Positions 37,323 through 47,500 of a stretch of 64,000 nt of DNA are shown one piece after another. Source of the DNA: Gemmatimonadaceae bacterium (lineage in GTDB: Bacteria; Gemmatimonadota; Gemmatimonadetes; Gemmatimonadales; Gemmatimonadaceae); contig JBJMOW010000004.1 in NCBI GenBank assembly GCA_045803545.1, positions 544,001 through 608,000 of the forward strand, read 5' to 3'. Below the pieces are notes generated by a model that saw only the letters and a program-made list of their open reading frames with translations, did no database searches and was not told the DNA's origin. Each line of letters opens with the position of its first letter. Position 1 is the stretch's first letter. The translations under genes were made by a program, and so were the position numbers.

Positions 37323-38393
37323 CTACCACGCGCCGCGCTCCTCTTTGCTGACCTTGGGCGCGACCGCACACCCTTCTTCGTGGGACTTGAACGCTGCCTC
37401 GAGGATCGCCATCACCGACGCTCCCTGCTCGGGCGGCACCGGATTCCTGCCGCGACCGAGCAGCGCTTCACGCAGCGCGACGTAAAACCCGCGCTGATCG
37501 CCGCGCGAGGCCTTGAGGACGTTGGTTTTGCCGTTCGCTCCCTCGTAGACCGTCGCCGCGTCGGGATCGACGCCCCATTCTCGAGAGCGCGGGCTCATTC
37601 CGGCACGCAGCTGATCTTCCTGGATGTCGGGCTTCATCTTGACGACGCTCGCGTTCTCGCCGTGCACCGAGAATCGAGGTGTTCCTCCCGAAACGAGCGA
37701 TCCGGCCTGGAGCACTGCGACGGTCTCGCCGTAACGCAGTACGAGCTGGAAGAAATCATCTACGCGCGCGCCGCTGCGTTGTCTTGCCAAAGTCGCGTGC
37801 ACCGTCTTCGGAATTCCGAACAGCAACAAGGTTTGATCGATCAGGTGCGGACCGAGGTCGTAGAGCAATCCGGCACCCGGTCCGGGAATTTCGCGCCAAC
37901 GCTCGCGGACATCGGGTCGATAGCGATCGATGCGCGATTCGAACTGCACGATTCTTCCGAGCATTCCGCGCTTGATCGCCTCCTGAATCGCCAGGAAATC
38001 GCTGTCCCATCTCCGGTTCTGGAATACGGACAGCACCAGCCCACTCTTTCTCGCCATCGTCGCCAGCCGCCGCGCTTGCTTGAGCGTAATCGTGAACGGC
38101 TTGTCGACCACGACGTTGTGTCCGGCGCGCATTGCCGCGTCGGCGAGCGGCGCGTGGGTGTCGTTGGGGCTGGCGATCACAACCAAATCGATGTCGGGAC
38201 GCGCGACCAGCTTTTTCGGGTCGGCAACGACCTCCGCGTCGGGGCACATCGCCCTGACATCGTCCGGCTTGCTGGACGAAACGGCGGTGATTCGATAGCC
38301 GTCGGTCGCCTGCAGCAGCGGAACGTGAAAGGTCTTGGACACGAAGCCAAAACCGACCAGGCCTACGCGAACAACTGAATCAGGACGGCTCAT
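37323..38393 (-). CDS. Gfo/Idh/MocA oxidoreductase (YdgJ-like)
   Basis: GLVGFG, VVDKPF, FQNRRWDSDF, YDLGPHLIDQ. Confidence 0.92.
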   Translation of the reverse strand: MSRPDSVVRVGLVGFGFVSKTFHVPLLQATDGYRITAVSSSKPDDVRAMCPDAEVVADPKKLVARPDIDLVVIASPNDTHAPLADAAMRAGHNVVVDKPFTITLKQARRLATMARKSGLVLSVFQNRRWDSDFLAIQEAIKRGMLGRIVQFESRIDRYRPDVRERWREIPGPGAGLLYDLGPHLIDQTLLLFGIPKTVHATLARQRSGARVDDFFQLVLRYGETVAVLQAGSLVSGGTPRFSVHGENASVVKMKPDIQEDQLRAGMSPRSREWGVDPDAATVYEGANGKTNVLKASRGDQRGFYVALREALLGRGRNPVPPEQGASVMAILEAAFKSHEEGCAVAPKVSKEERGAW

Positions 38394-38402
38394 CCCGGAC
38401 TC

Positions 38403-38966
38403 CTACTGCAGACGCGGAAACAGTACGACGATGTAGGTGGCAAATATTGCGGCACCAACGATGCCCGCAAATTCCTGGTAACGACGTTGCCGGATGAAGA
38501 TCGCGGAAAGTGCCAGGGCCAGCACCAGCATGTGAAAACCGAAGTTCAGGCTGCTCGGCCAGCGACCATTCATGACCCGGTCCTTGGCAAGACTGATCAC
38601 GAGCGTAGCGACGAGAAACCCGAAGAACCAGCGTCGCTGACGGTCGTAATGTGCGGCCAGGTCGATCGACTCGGCGTCGATTTGCTCGGGAAGCAGTACC
38701 GCTGCCATCAGATACAACGCGCTCGTCTGGGCGAGGATGAACAGAAACGAGCCGAAGGTCCAGTCGCGCTGGAGGCGCAGCCCGAACATCGACCACCAGA
38801 CTTGTACGAAAACGACCAGCAGCACAACTGCCCACAGCAACGGAAGCCAATCGACGCGCACCCGATCGCGATGACGAATCACTCTGCCGATGGCGGTGAG
38901 TAATTGAGTGACGCCGAGCCCGATGATGATCGAGAGTAGAACGGAGAGGTAACCGAACGCGTCCAC
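38403..38966 (-). CDS. Hypothetical membrane protein
   Basis: FGYLSVLLSIIIGLG, QVWW, multiple TM helices. Confidence 0.8.
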   Translation of the reverse strand: MDAFGYLSVLLSIIIGLGVTQLLTAIGRVIRHRDRVRVDWLPLLWAVVLLVVFVQVWWSMFGLRLQRDWTFGSFLFILAQTSALYLMAAVLLPEQIDAESIDLAAHYDRQRRWFFGFLVATLVISLAKDRVMNGRWPSSLNFGFHMLVLALALSAIFIRQRRYQEFAGIVGAAIFATYIVVLFPRLQ

Positions 38967-38974
38967 GCTCTACC

Positions 38975-40822
38975 TCAGAGATCGAGCAGCTGATGGACCG
39001 CGCGATCGGCTTCGCGAATCGAATTGCGGTGATCCGCAGCACCGGCGAGATCTGTATTGGCAAACGCAATCCGCCCGTGAGATCGATTGCGCAGGATATC
39101 CCGCGGCGCGGGGTTGCCGTTCAGACCAAAGAAGAAACCGGGTTGTGGATTGACGTACGCGTGACCCCAGCGATTGAGGATGATCCCCGCGATGTCGCGG
39201 CGCGGGTCGAAACCGCCGGGCGCGAACATGTCTGCCATCTGCTGACGGAGCGCGCGCTCGTACTGCGCGAAGGAGGTACTCAGTAGCTCCGCTCGACCGC
39301 GGCTTCCTTGTTCACCAATCGGCAGACCAGGTTTCGCGAACAGCACTTTGATTGTGAGAACTGTCGGCGAGTCGGGATCGATGGTACGCGGAGTATTTCC
39401 GACGATTGCCTTCTTCGTCACCGAGAGATAATTGCCGAGTCCCTCGAACCAGCGGCAACCGGAAATTCCCATTTTGTAGAGGAAGCGCCAGTTGGTGACG
39501 GCGACATTCGCCATCAGGCAAGGCGACCGATAGAACTGCGCATACGCTTCGCGGTGAGCTGCAGGTAGATCGTGCACGATGTGCTTCGCCGTCCAGCTTC
39601 CACCAGCGACGACGACGCGACGCGCGCGGACTTTGTAGAGCCGATTCCCCTTAGCGTACGTGATGACGACGTGGGGCGCGCTGGCGGGATCGCCGGCATG
39701 CTCGACGCGCACGACGGTGGAATTCAAACGATTACGCGTTGACTGCCTCGCGCGATCGAGCGCGCTGAAGTTTACGCGGTTCTGCCAGACTGCATCGACC
39801 GCGCGCGGGCCCGGTATCGCATCGGGAATCAGCGTCTTCACCATCAATCGGGCGAATCCGCTGTTGCCGTCCGGGAACATCTGGTCACCAAGTTTGTCGT
39901 CGCCGTCCTCGGGAAATTCGGTCTCGATCGCGTAGTTGCAGTACGCCGAGAGTGCGTCGGGACCAAGGCCGTAACCACCGCCTTCGATTGGCGAAAGGAA
40001 TTCGCGGATGATCTCGCGACTGATGCCGTGCTGCGCCATCAGGTGATCTTCGAGGGTGATCGCATCGAGCTGCCTCGAGATCGCGTCGCCTTCAGTCTTT
40101 GGTGCGGGTGTCGCATTGCGGACTGTGCGGTACCGCAACAATTCCGCCTTAGCCGTCTCGCTGATCGGAGCCCCGTCGAGATTCCGACCCCACGGATCAA
40201 TCAGCCACACTCCGGGATTCTTGCCGAAGCGCCGGCCGAAGTAGAAACCGTATTGCTTGGGTGAGCCGATGTCGTATGGTGACTGCGCGAGCGGCATCTC
40301 AGGAGTCGGACCGCGCCAGGTCTGATAATTGAACGTCGAGCGATCCATCCCGATCATCTGATAGAAGCGATCGGTGTACCCGCCTTTGCCAGGAACCAGG
40401 AAGATCGCCGAGCCCTGGTGCGCGATCAGCGACTGACCGTTGACGCGAAACTCGTTGCGTTTGGCCTCGCCGCCAAAAATCGGGTGATTGTCGATGACTA
40501 GGCAGCTGCCACCCTTGTCTTTCTGAAAGAAAACCGCCGCTGCGAGTCCGCTGAGCCCACCACCGACGCAGACGAGATCGTACATCTCGCGTGTATCGGT
40601 AGCGCTGGCAACGCGTTTCTCGAAGACTCCGTCACGCATTGCGTGTCCGGCGGAAAGAACTTCCCAGGTGTTGCCGTTGGAGTGCCGGTAGTCCCCGACG
40701 CCGCCGTAGCCGTTAAACGCATCAGCGGGAGAAATCACCGGCGCGCGGCCATTCAGGTAGAGGCCGGCGCCAGCCAGCAGTGCCCCGTTCAGAAAATCCC
40801 GGCGAGAGATCGGCTCGTTCAT
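38975..40822 (-). CDS. Tat-exported FAD oxidoreductase, spermidine dehydrogenase (SpdH)-like
   Basis: ISRRDFLNG Tat motif, VGGGLSGLAAA, FGGEAKRNEF, FPDGNSG, NRWGHAY, IAFANTD. Confidence 0.8.
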   Translation of the reverse strand: MNEPISRRDFLNGALLAGAGLYLNGRAPVISPADAFNGYGGVGDYRHSNGNTWEVLSAGHAMRDGVFEKRVASATDTREMYDLVCVGGGLSGLAAAVFFQKDKGGSCLVIDNHPIFGGEAKRNEFRVNGQSLIAHQGSAIFLVPGKGGYTDRFYQMIGMDRSTFNYQTWRGPTPEMPLAQSPYDIGSPKQYGFYFGRRFGKNPGVWLIDPWGRNLDGAPISETAKAELLRYRTVRNATPAPKTEGDAISRQLDAITLEDHLMAQHGISREIIREFLSPIEGGGYGLGPDALSAYCNYAIETEFPEDGDDKLGDQMFPDGNSGFARLMVKTLIPDAIPGPRAVDAVWQNRVNFSALDRARQSTRNRLNSTVVRVEHAGDPASAPHVVITYAKGNRLYKVRARRVVVAGGSWTAKHIVHDLPAAHREAYAQFYRSPCLMANVAVTNWRFLYKMGISGCRWFEGLGNYLSVTKKAIVGNTPRTIDPDSPTVLTIKVLFAKPGLPIGEQGSRGRAELLSTSFAQYERALRQQMADMFAPGGFDPRRDIAGIILNRWGHAYVNPQPGFFFGLNGNPAPRDILRNRSHGRIAFANTDLAGAADHRNSIREADRAVHQLLDL

Positions 40823-40854
40823 GCCGAGCCGATCGGCGTCGGATTGCGACCCGT

Positions 40855-41331
40855 CTAGCGGCGCGCGAATACCCAAATATTGTCCTGGTCGCGGCCGCGG
40901 CCGCGAATCTGTTCGGTGGCGCGGAGTCCGCGCCCGCTGTCGACGATTTCGTAGCGCCAGGTCATCGTCACCTCGGTCTTCGCGCCGGCGGTTCGGTCAG
41001 TGAAGAGGAGAGCATCGCCGTCCCAGCGCAAGCTGGAGACGTTCTGCGGATCGGAAGGCTCTGGCCGCTCTCGGCCATCGGCGGTGCGCTGCGCCGACCA
41101 GGCGAAGGTCTGCCCGACGAACTCGAATTTCGCATCGATCCGAACCATGGGGTCATGGTGATCAATGCGCAGAATTGCACCGCGCGCTGTGGCGGCGCCG
41201 CCGTCGAGTTTGCTTGCATCCCGATCGAGAACGAACTCGCCGGAAAAGTTGGGCTTTGGCCGAACCGCCGTCGATTCGTTAGCCTTTGGTCGAGTCGGCG
41301 GCACCCACTTTTCGTTGGGATGGCTATCCAT
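40855..41331 (-). CDS. Hypothetical protein (lipocalin-like beta barrel possible)
   Basis: KPNFSGEFVLD..S, WDGDALL, VFAR; start uncertain. Confidence 0.6.
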   Translation of the reverse strand: MDSHPNEKWVPPTRPKANESTAVRPKPNFSGEFVLDRDASKLDGGAATARGAILRIDHHDPMVRIDAKFEFVGQTFAWSAQRTADGRERPEPSDPQNVSSLRWDGDALLFTDRTAGAKTEVTMTWRYEIVDSGRGLRATEQIRGRGRDQDNIWVFARR

Positions 41332-41347
41332 GCCTACAATCTTCACT

Positions 41348-42187
41348 ATGAAGGCCGGAAAAGCACTATCGATTGTTGCGCTCGTTTGCTGCTGTGTTGC
41401 GATCGCCGCCGTCCCGGACAAGCCACGCTTCAGGGCTGTGGCATTCTTCACCGGGAAGGAAGACGCGGCGCATATCAGCTTTTTGCACGAAGCTGTGAGC
41501 TGGTTTCCGGAGATGGCCGCCAGGAACAATTTCGCGTTCGATACGACGTCGGATTGGCGGAATCTGAATGCGGATTTTCTCGCCAGGTATCAAGTCGTAG
41601 TCTTCCTCGACACCCGCCCCGAAGATTCCACCCAGCGGGCGGCGTTTCAGAGCTACATGGAGCACGGAGGCGCGTGGATGGGGTTTCACTTCGCCGGCTT
41701 CGCCTTGACGCCGTCAGTCTATCCGTCCAACTGGGATTGGTACCACTACACGTTCCTCGGCACCGGGCAATACGTCAGCAACACCTGGCGGCCGACATCG
41801 GCGGTTTTGCGGGTGGAAGACCGGAACCATCCGGCGATGCGAAATCTCCCCGCAACGTTCAGGTCGTCACCGAGCGAATGGTATCGCTGGGAGAAGGATC
41901 TGCGGCAGAATCCGGATATCGACATTCTGCTGTCGATCGACTCGACGAGTTTTCCATTGGGCACCGGCCCCAAGCTGCACGAGATCTGGCACAGCGGCTA
42001 CTACCCGGTGGCGTGGATGAACCGGCAGTACCGAATGATCTACTTCAATTTCGGCCACAACGACATCGACTACGAGCACAAATACGACTCGACCAATCGG
42101 ACGCTGTCGCACACCTTCGGCAATCCGGTTCAGGACCGTCTGATTCTCGATGCTTTGCTCTGGCTGGGAGACAATCCCCGCCGCTGA
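41348..42187 (+). CDS. Secreted ThuA-domain protein (class I glutamine amidotransferase-like fold)
   Basis: Signal peptide; AFQSYMEHGGAWMGFH, EWY, PVAW, NFGH. Confidence 0.82.
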   Translation: MKAGKALSIVALVCCCVAIAAVPDKPRFRAVAFFTGKEDAAHISFLHEAVSWFPEMAARNNFAFDTTSDWRNLNADFLARYQVVVFLDTRPEDSTQRAAFQSYMEHGGAWMGFHFAGFALTPSVYPSNWDWYHYTFLGTGQYVSNTWRPTSAVLRVEDRNHPAMRNLPATFRSSPSEWYRWEKDLRQNPDIDILLSIDSTSFPLGTGPKLHEIWHSGYYPVAWMNRQYRMIYFNFGHNDIDYEHKYDSTNRTLSHTFGNPVQDRLILDALLWLGDNPRR

Positions 42188-42714
42188 TCGACACGCTCTT
42201 CGAGAATACGAGCGAGCTTGAGTATCGTGCTCCAGCTGCGGGTGGTTCCTGAACAGCCGAAGATCTTTTCCAGCTGACCAAAGTGTCCGATCGCCTTCAT
42301 TTGACGGCGGCAAACACCAATCACGAATCGGTCGACGTGATCGAGAACTCTGAATTCCCAGTCGCCAGTCCGCGGTAGTACTATCGGCGTCGACGCTCGG
42401 CTCCTGGGCAAATGTGCCAGCACAGTCACGAACTGCATGACACTCCGGTCGGCGGGCTCCTGGGCGAAAGGATTGGTCGCTGCCAGTCGAAGGATGTCGC
42501 TGCCACGACAGATCATCATCTCGGCCTCGAACGGCAGCCGACGTTTCAGCTCGGCGCGAAGCTTCGCCTGACTGATTGGTTTGCGGACGACAAACGTGCC
42601 CGCCGCGCCAATGTTGATGACGTCGAACTTTTTCAGCTGCGTCGCCAATTCGGTTGGGCGGATTCTTCTATGGCCGCCAACGTTGACGCCTTTAAGGAAA
42701 ACGACCAGCGACAT
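42130..42714 (-). CDS. DUF1697 family protein
   Basis: VFLKGVNVGG, TTRSWSTI. Confidence 0.85.
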   Translation of the reverse strand: MSLVVFLKGVNVGGHRRIRPTELATQLKKFDVINIGAAGTFVVRKPISQAKLRAELKRRLPFEAEMMICRGSDILRLAATNPFAQEPADRSVMQFVTVLAHLPRSRASTPIVLPRTGDWEFRVLDHVDRFVIGVCRRQMKAIGHFGQLEKIFGCSGTTRSWSTILKLARILEERVDQRRGLSPSQSKASRIRRS

Positions 42715-43531
42715 GAGCGCGTTTCCATTTCATGCGCGAGTACACGGGTCGGAATCCCAGGCGCTCGCTGTTACGTTGAGAACCGCCGCCCGGCGCCGTC
42801 ACCACCATTGCCAGCTTGATTCCGCGTTCCGCGGCGAACGCCAGTCGCGCATCGAAAAGCGCCAGCTGCGCGCCCTGCCGCCGCGCCGAGGGAATCGTCG
42901 AAGCGCCGGCCATGATCGCGACCCCGTTTGCGATGTTGAGAGCGCCCGATGCTATCGGCTCTCCATCTCGCTCCGCGAGGAAGCAGGTGATGCCGCGAGT
43001 GCGGGCCCAGATGTCCCGGAGGTTGGCGACGAATTCTCCGAGCTCCGGCGACTCGTTGCTCCACGCTTCGCCGGCGACCCGGCACCAGGTCGGCAGCTCG
43101 TCCGTTTCGATTGCACGCGTTGTAACCGCGCCCGGCTTGGCCGCCGCGTGGTTCGCGGTCGAGCGGAGTAGCACGATTGAAGGCTCGAACGGCGTATAGC
43201 CCCGCGCGCTGAGAAGACCTTGCGTCTCGTGCGCAGCGAAAGAGCAGACTTCGTGGAAGGTGGTTGTCTGGTGTCGTTCGAAGAACTTTTCGACGGTTTC
43301 AAACTCAGAATCGAGGAAGCGGTCGTACAGACCGATTCCAAAGGTCTGAGTGGTCGGGGCCTCAGGGCCATCGAACATGGCGTACGCCCCGGCAACCTCG
43401 ATCCACTCGGCGCCCACCTCTGGCCTCACGGCCTGGCGTGCTTCCACAGTCGCACCGTTTGCCGTTGCTTCGGCGCGTTCGAGTGTTTTTGCAAGCGCGA
43501 TATCGACGCGCGGTAAATCTCGTTTTGTCAT
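42692..43531 (-). CDS. GNAT N-acetyltransferase
   Basis: GASTIPSARRQGAQ, SQRNSERLGF. Confidence 0.85.
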   Translation of the reverse strand: MTKRDLPRVDIALAKTLERAEATANGATVEARQAVRPEVGAEWIEVAGAYAMFDGPEAPTTQTFGIGLYDRFLDSEFETVEKFFERHQTTTFHEVCSFAAHETQGLLSARGYTPFEPSIVLLRSTANHAAAKPGAVTTRAIETDELPTWCRVAGEAWSNESPELGEFVANLRDIWARTRGITCFLAERDGEPIASGALNIANGVAIMAGASTIPSARRQGAQLALFDARLAFAAERGIKLAMVVTAPGGGSQRNSERLGFRPVYSRMKWKRAHVAGRFP

Positions 43532-43930
43532 TCAGATCTTGTATTCAACAAGATCCCAGCGGTTGCCATACAAGTCCTCGAACACCGCCACTGTACCATA
43601 CGGCTGCTCACTCGGCGCCCGCACGAACACGATTCCCTTGCCCGTCATTTCGTTGTAATCCCGCCAAAAGTCGTCGGTCCGCAGGAAAAGAAATACGCGG
43701 CCACCTGACTGGTTCCCGACGAATTTCGATTGCTCGGAAGTGGACGCTCGCGCCAACAACAGCGTCGTTCCTCCAGCAGCGCCAGGCGGTGCGACGACCA
43801 CCCAGCGTTTGTCCTGCTCCGGCTGATAGGTGTCGTCGACGAGACTGAAGTGAAGCTTCCGGGTGTAAAACTCGATCGCCTCGTCGTAGTCGGACACCAA
43901 GAGAGCGATGTGCGCGATGCGCTGTTGCAT
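43532..43930 (-). CDS. VOC/glyoxalase family protein
   Basis: DYDEAIEFY, GNQSGGRV, YGTVAVFEDLYGNRWDL. Confidence 0.92.
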   Translation of the reverse strand: MQQRIAHIALLVSDYDEAIEFYTRKLHFSLVDDTYQPEQDKRWVVVAPPGAAGGTTLLLARASTSEQSKFVGNQSGGRVFLFLRTDDFWRDYNEMTGKGIVFVRAPSEQPYGTVAVFEDLYGNRWDLVEYKI

Positions 43931-44424
43931 TATTTCGACTTGATTGGCTTCGCCCGCGACAGCTCGAGTCCGCGCCGCACGCCCGCGCTCAGCACTTCAT
44001 CAAAGGCATCGGCCGGGATAGTGAACGCGAGGGAATCCAGGTTATGGAACCCACGGTTCTGCCCCCGCCCCCCACCGTTCCAGCTAGGTATGATGCGAAT
44101 CTCGCCCGGCTTCTCCTGGCTCACCGTACAGAGTCGGGAATTGCGCTCGATGTCCGACCAGGTTTTCGCACCGACAGCCTGGAGTACGGGCTTGAGACGT
44201 CGAGCGTAGTCATCACGCCTGGGTGTGGGTACGGCGGTGCCGCTGCGGGCGAGCACATCGCGGACGATGCCGCTCAACTCAGTGGCAGTGGCGTCGGCGC
44301 TGACCTGGATTGCTGGTAAGCCCGCCAGCCAGAATCCAGTGTGAGTCTTGTGCCAGGCGTAGATCACCAGGTCTTTGCGGCGGGCATAGACCGCGATTCG
44401 CCTTAGGCGCACTGAACCTGACAT
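43930..44424 (-). CDS. CdiI-like immunity protein (DUF1436-type), orphan
   Basis: Pattern EL...V...L..S, G.KTW......C, I.I.PS, IPAD....L...VR..L resembles CdiI/DUF1436; no toxin gene nearby. Confidence 0.55.
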   Translation of the reverse strand: MSGSVRLRRIAVYARRKDLVIYAWHKTHTGFWLAGLPAIQVSADATATELSGIVRDVLARSGTAVPTPRRDDYARRLKPVLQAVGAKTWSDIERNSRLCTVSQEKPGEIRIIPSWNGGGRGQNRGFHNLDSLAFTIPADAFDEVLSAGVRRGLELSRAKPIKSK

Positions 44425-44574
44425 TACACTAGTGTCGCTCTCGACGGTCTACGGTTCAATACCAGACTCTCATCATGGCGCCAGGTCGGGCCGGCGGCCT
44501 CTATCCTCGCCGTAAACCAACGTGCAGATTGGCGGTCGATATCCCCCGTCCGCCACCCTCGTTTTTTCTCATCC

Positions 44575-47500
44575 ATGCACCGACTCGTCGCTCGTATCGC
44601 TCTTCTGATCGCAGCGGTCTGCGTAACGTCTGCCGTACATGCACAGCAGCCACGCGTACTCGTCTTCTCGAAAACCGCCGGATTCCGACACACCTCGATT
44701 CCGAACGGAAAGGCCGCGATCCTGAAGCTCGGACAGGCAAACGGATTCGCCGTCGATACCACCGAAGACGCGACCGCATTCACCCAGAAGAATCTCGCGC
44801 GGTATGCAGCGGTCATCTTTCTCAGCACCACCGGTGACGTGCTCGACGCTGCGCAGCAGGATGACTTCGAGCGCTATATCCAGGCGGGTGGCGGTTACGT
44901 CGGCATTCACTCGGCGACCGATACTGAGTACGACTGGCCGTGGTATGGAAGATTGGCGGGCGCGTACTTCAACGGTCACCCGAACAATCCGAACGTAAAG
45001 AAGGGGACCTATCGCACCCTCGACAGCACGCACATCTCGACCAAGGGATTCCCCGCGACGTTCGATCGCGAGGATGAGTTCTACAACTTCAAGTCGATCG
45101 ATCCCACGATCCACCCACTCGTCGAAATCGACGAGACGAGCTACACCGGCGGGACGAACGGCGCGCATCACCCAATGAGCTGGTACCACGACTTCGACGG
45201 TGGACGCGCGTGGTACACCAACATGGGTCACACCGAAGCCAGTTACACCGAGCCGCTCTTCCTCGGTCACATCCTTGGTGGAATCAAATACGCGATCGGC
45301 AGCGGCAAAGTCGATTTCGGTCGCGCTCGTCCGGAGGAGAATCGCTTCACTCGAGTGGTGCTCACTGAAAAACTGAATGAGCCAGTCGAGCTCGCGGTAC
45401 TGCCCGGTGAAAGAGTGCTGTTCGTCGAGCGCAGAGGAGCGGTGAAGCTGTACACACCGTCGGATGGGAAGACGAGACAGATCTCGGCGATTCCGGTAAG
45501 CACCAAGTACGCTGATAGCAGCCAGGCCGAAGATGGTTTGCTTGGCCTCGCCGCCGATCCGAATTTCGCGACCAACGGCTGGGTGTACATGTACTACTCG
45601 CCCGCCGGACCCGAGTCGAAGAACGAGCTGTCGCGATTCCACATGGTTGGAGATTCGCTCGATCTCTCGTCGCGGAAGGTCATGCTCGAGATTCCGACGC
45701 AGCGTCTCAAGTGCTGTCACACCGGTGGCTCGATTGCTTTCGACGCCAAAGGCAATCTCTACCTGTCGACCGGCGACAACTCGAATCCATTCGAGACTGG
45801 ATACGCGCCAATCGACGAGCGTCCTGGCCGGATGCCGTGGGATGCGCAGAAATCATCGGGCAACACCAACGACCTCCGCGGGAAGGTCGTTCGCATCCAT
45901 CCCGAGCCTGATGGTACTTACACGATTCCGGAGGGAAATCTCTTCCCGCCGGGAACGCCCAAGACTCGGCCGGAGATCTACACCATGGGCCATCGCAACC
46001 CATATCGCATCTCGGTCGACAAACACACCGGCTTCCTGTATTGGGGAGAAGTCGGTCCCGACGCGAACGTCGATTCGGTCGGTCGCGGACCGCGTGGCTA
46101 CGATGAGGTCGATCAGGCGCGCACCGCCGGCAACTATGGCTGGCCGTACTTCGTCGGCAACAATCAGGCGTATAACCATTTCACCTGGATCGACTCGGCC
46201 ACCATTCAGGCGGGACAGCAGTTCGATCCCGAGCATCCAGTCAATAGCTCGCCAAATAACACCGGACTGAACGATCTGCCGCCGGCGCGGGGCGCTTACA
46301 TCTGGTATCCATACGCGGCGTCCACTGAATTCCCGATCGTCGGCAGTGGTGGACGCGCCGCCGCGGCCGGTCCGGTATTCTATCGCGATGATTTCCGCGG
46401 CGCACCGCGGGCGTTCCCGCAATACTACGACGGCAAGCTGTTCATTTACGAGTTCATGCGTCACTGGATCATGGCGGTGACGATGGACAAGAGCGGTGAC
46501 CTCGTATCGATCGAACGTTTTATGCCCAGCGCGCAATTCAGCGCGCCAATCGAGATGGAGTTCGCTCCAAGCGGCGACATGTACATCCTCGAGTACGGAA
46601 CGCGGTGGTTCCAGGGGAACGACGACGCGCGACTCGTGCGCGTCGAGTACAACGCGGGCAATCGCAAGCCCATCGTCGCGGCCGCGGTGGACAAGCCGAC
46701 CGGTGCTTTGCCAATGCGTGTGAAGCTGTCGTCGGCGGGAACGGTGGACCTCGATGAGGATTCGCTGCGCTACGTGTGGACCATCGCGCGCAAGGGCGGC
46801 GCCACAGTAGCGCGCGTTACGCAACCCAATCCGACGTACACGTTCACTCGTCCTGGCACGTACACCGCCACGCTCAATGCTACCGATGTGCACGGTGCGT
46901 CTTCGACTGCCACTGTCGAAGTCGTCGCCGGCAATGAGCCACCGAACGTCGACGTCGCACTGACCAACGGTAACAAATCCTTCTTCTTCCCGGGCGTGCC
47001 GGTCCGTTATTCAACGACCGTGACCGATCGCGAAGATGGCTCGTTGCGCGGCGGCACCATTCCAGCGAGTCGAGTGCATCTGAGCGCGCAGTACCTTAAG
47101 AGCGGACTCGCGGGATCGGGGAATGCCGGCTCCGGTGAAAATGCGCTGACGAGAGGCAGGAGACTGATCGAAGCGAACGACTGCCTGTCCTGTCACCAGT
47201 TCAACGTGAAAGCAATCGGCCCTGCCTACGCTGACGTCGCGAAGAAATATCACGGCGACAGCACCGCGGTCGCTCATCTGGTGAAGAAGATCCGTGAAGG
47301 GGGATCGGGAGTGTGGGGGAATGCGACGATGCCGGCGCATCCAAATCTCAACGAAGCTCAGACTTCGTCGATTGTCGCTTACATCCTCAGTCTCGCCGAC
47401 CGGGCCAACGCGCAAACGATGCCGACACGTGGATCGTACACACCGCCTGCTGGATCCGGGGCCGCACCACAGGGAGTCGTCGTGCTGAACGCGGAGTACA

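Noticed and set aside
37380..38378. 332-aa plus-strand ORF
   Set aside because: Antisense to the Gfo/Idh/MocA oxidoreductase
40780..42252. 490-aa plus-strand ORF
   Set aside because: Arg/Ser-rich off-frame overlap of the ThuA gene and a minus-strand gene; no family motif
44569..46893. 383-aa and 346-aa minus-strand ORFs
   Set aside because: Shadows of the 1130-aa multidomain gene
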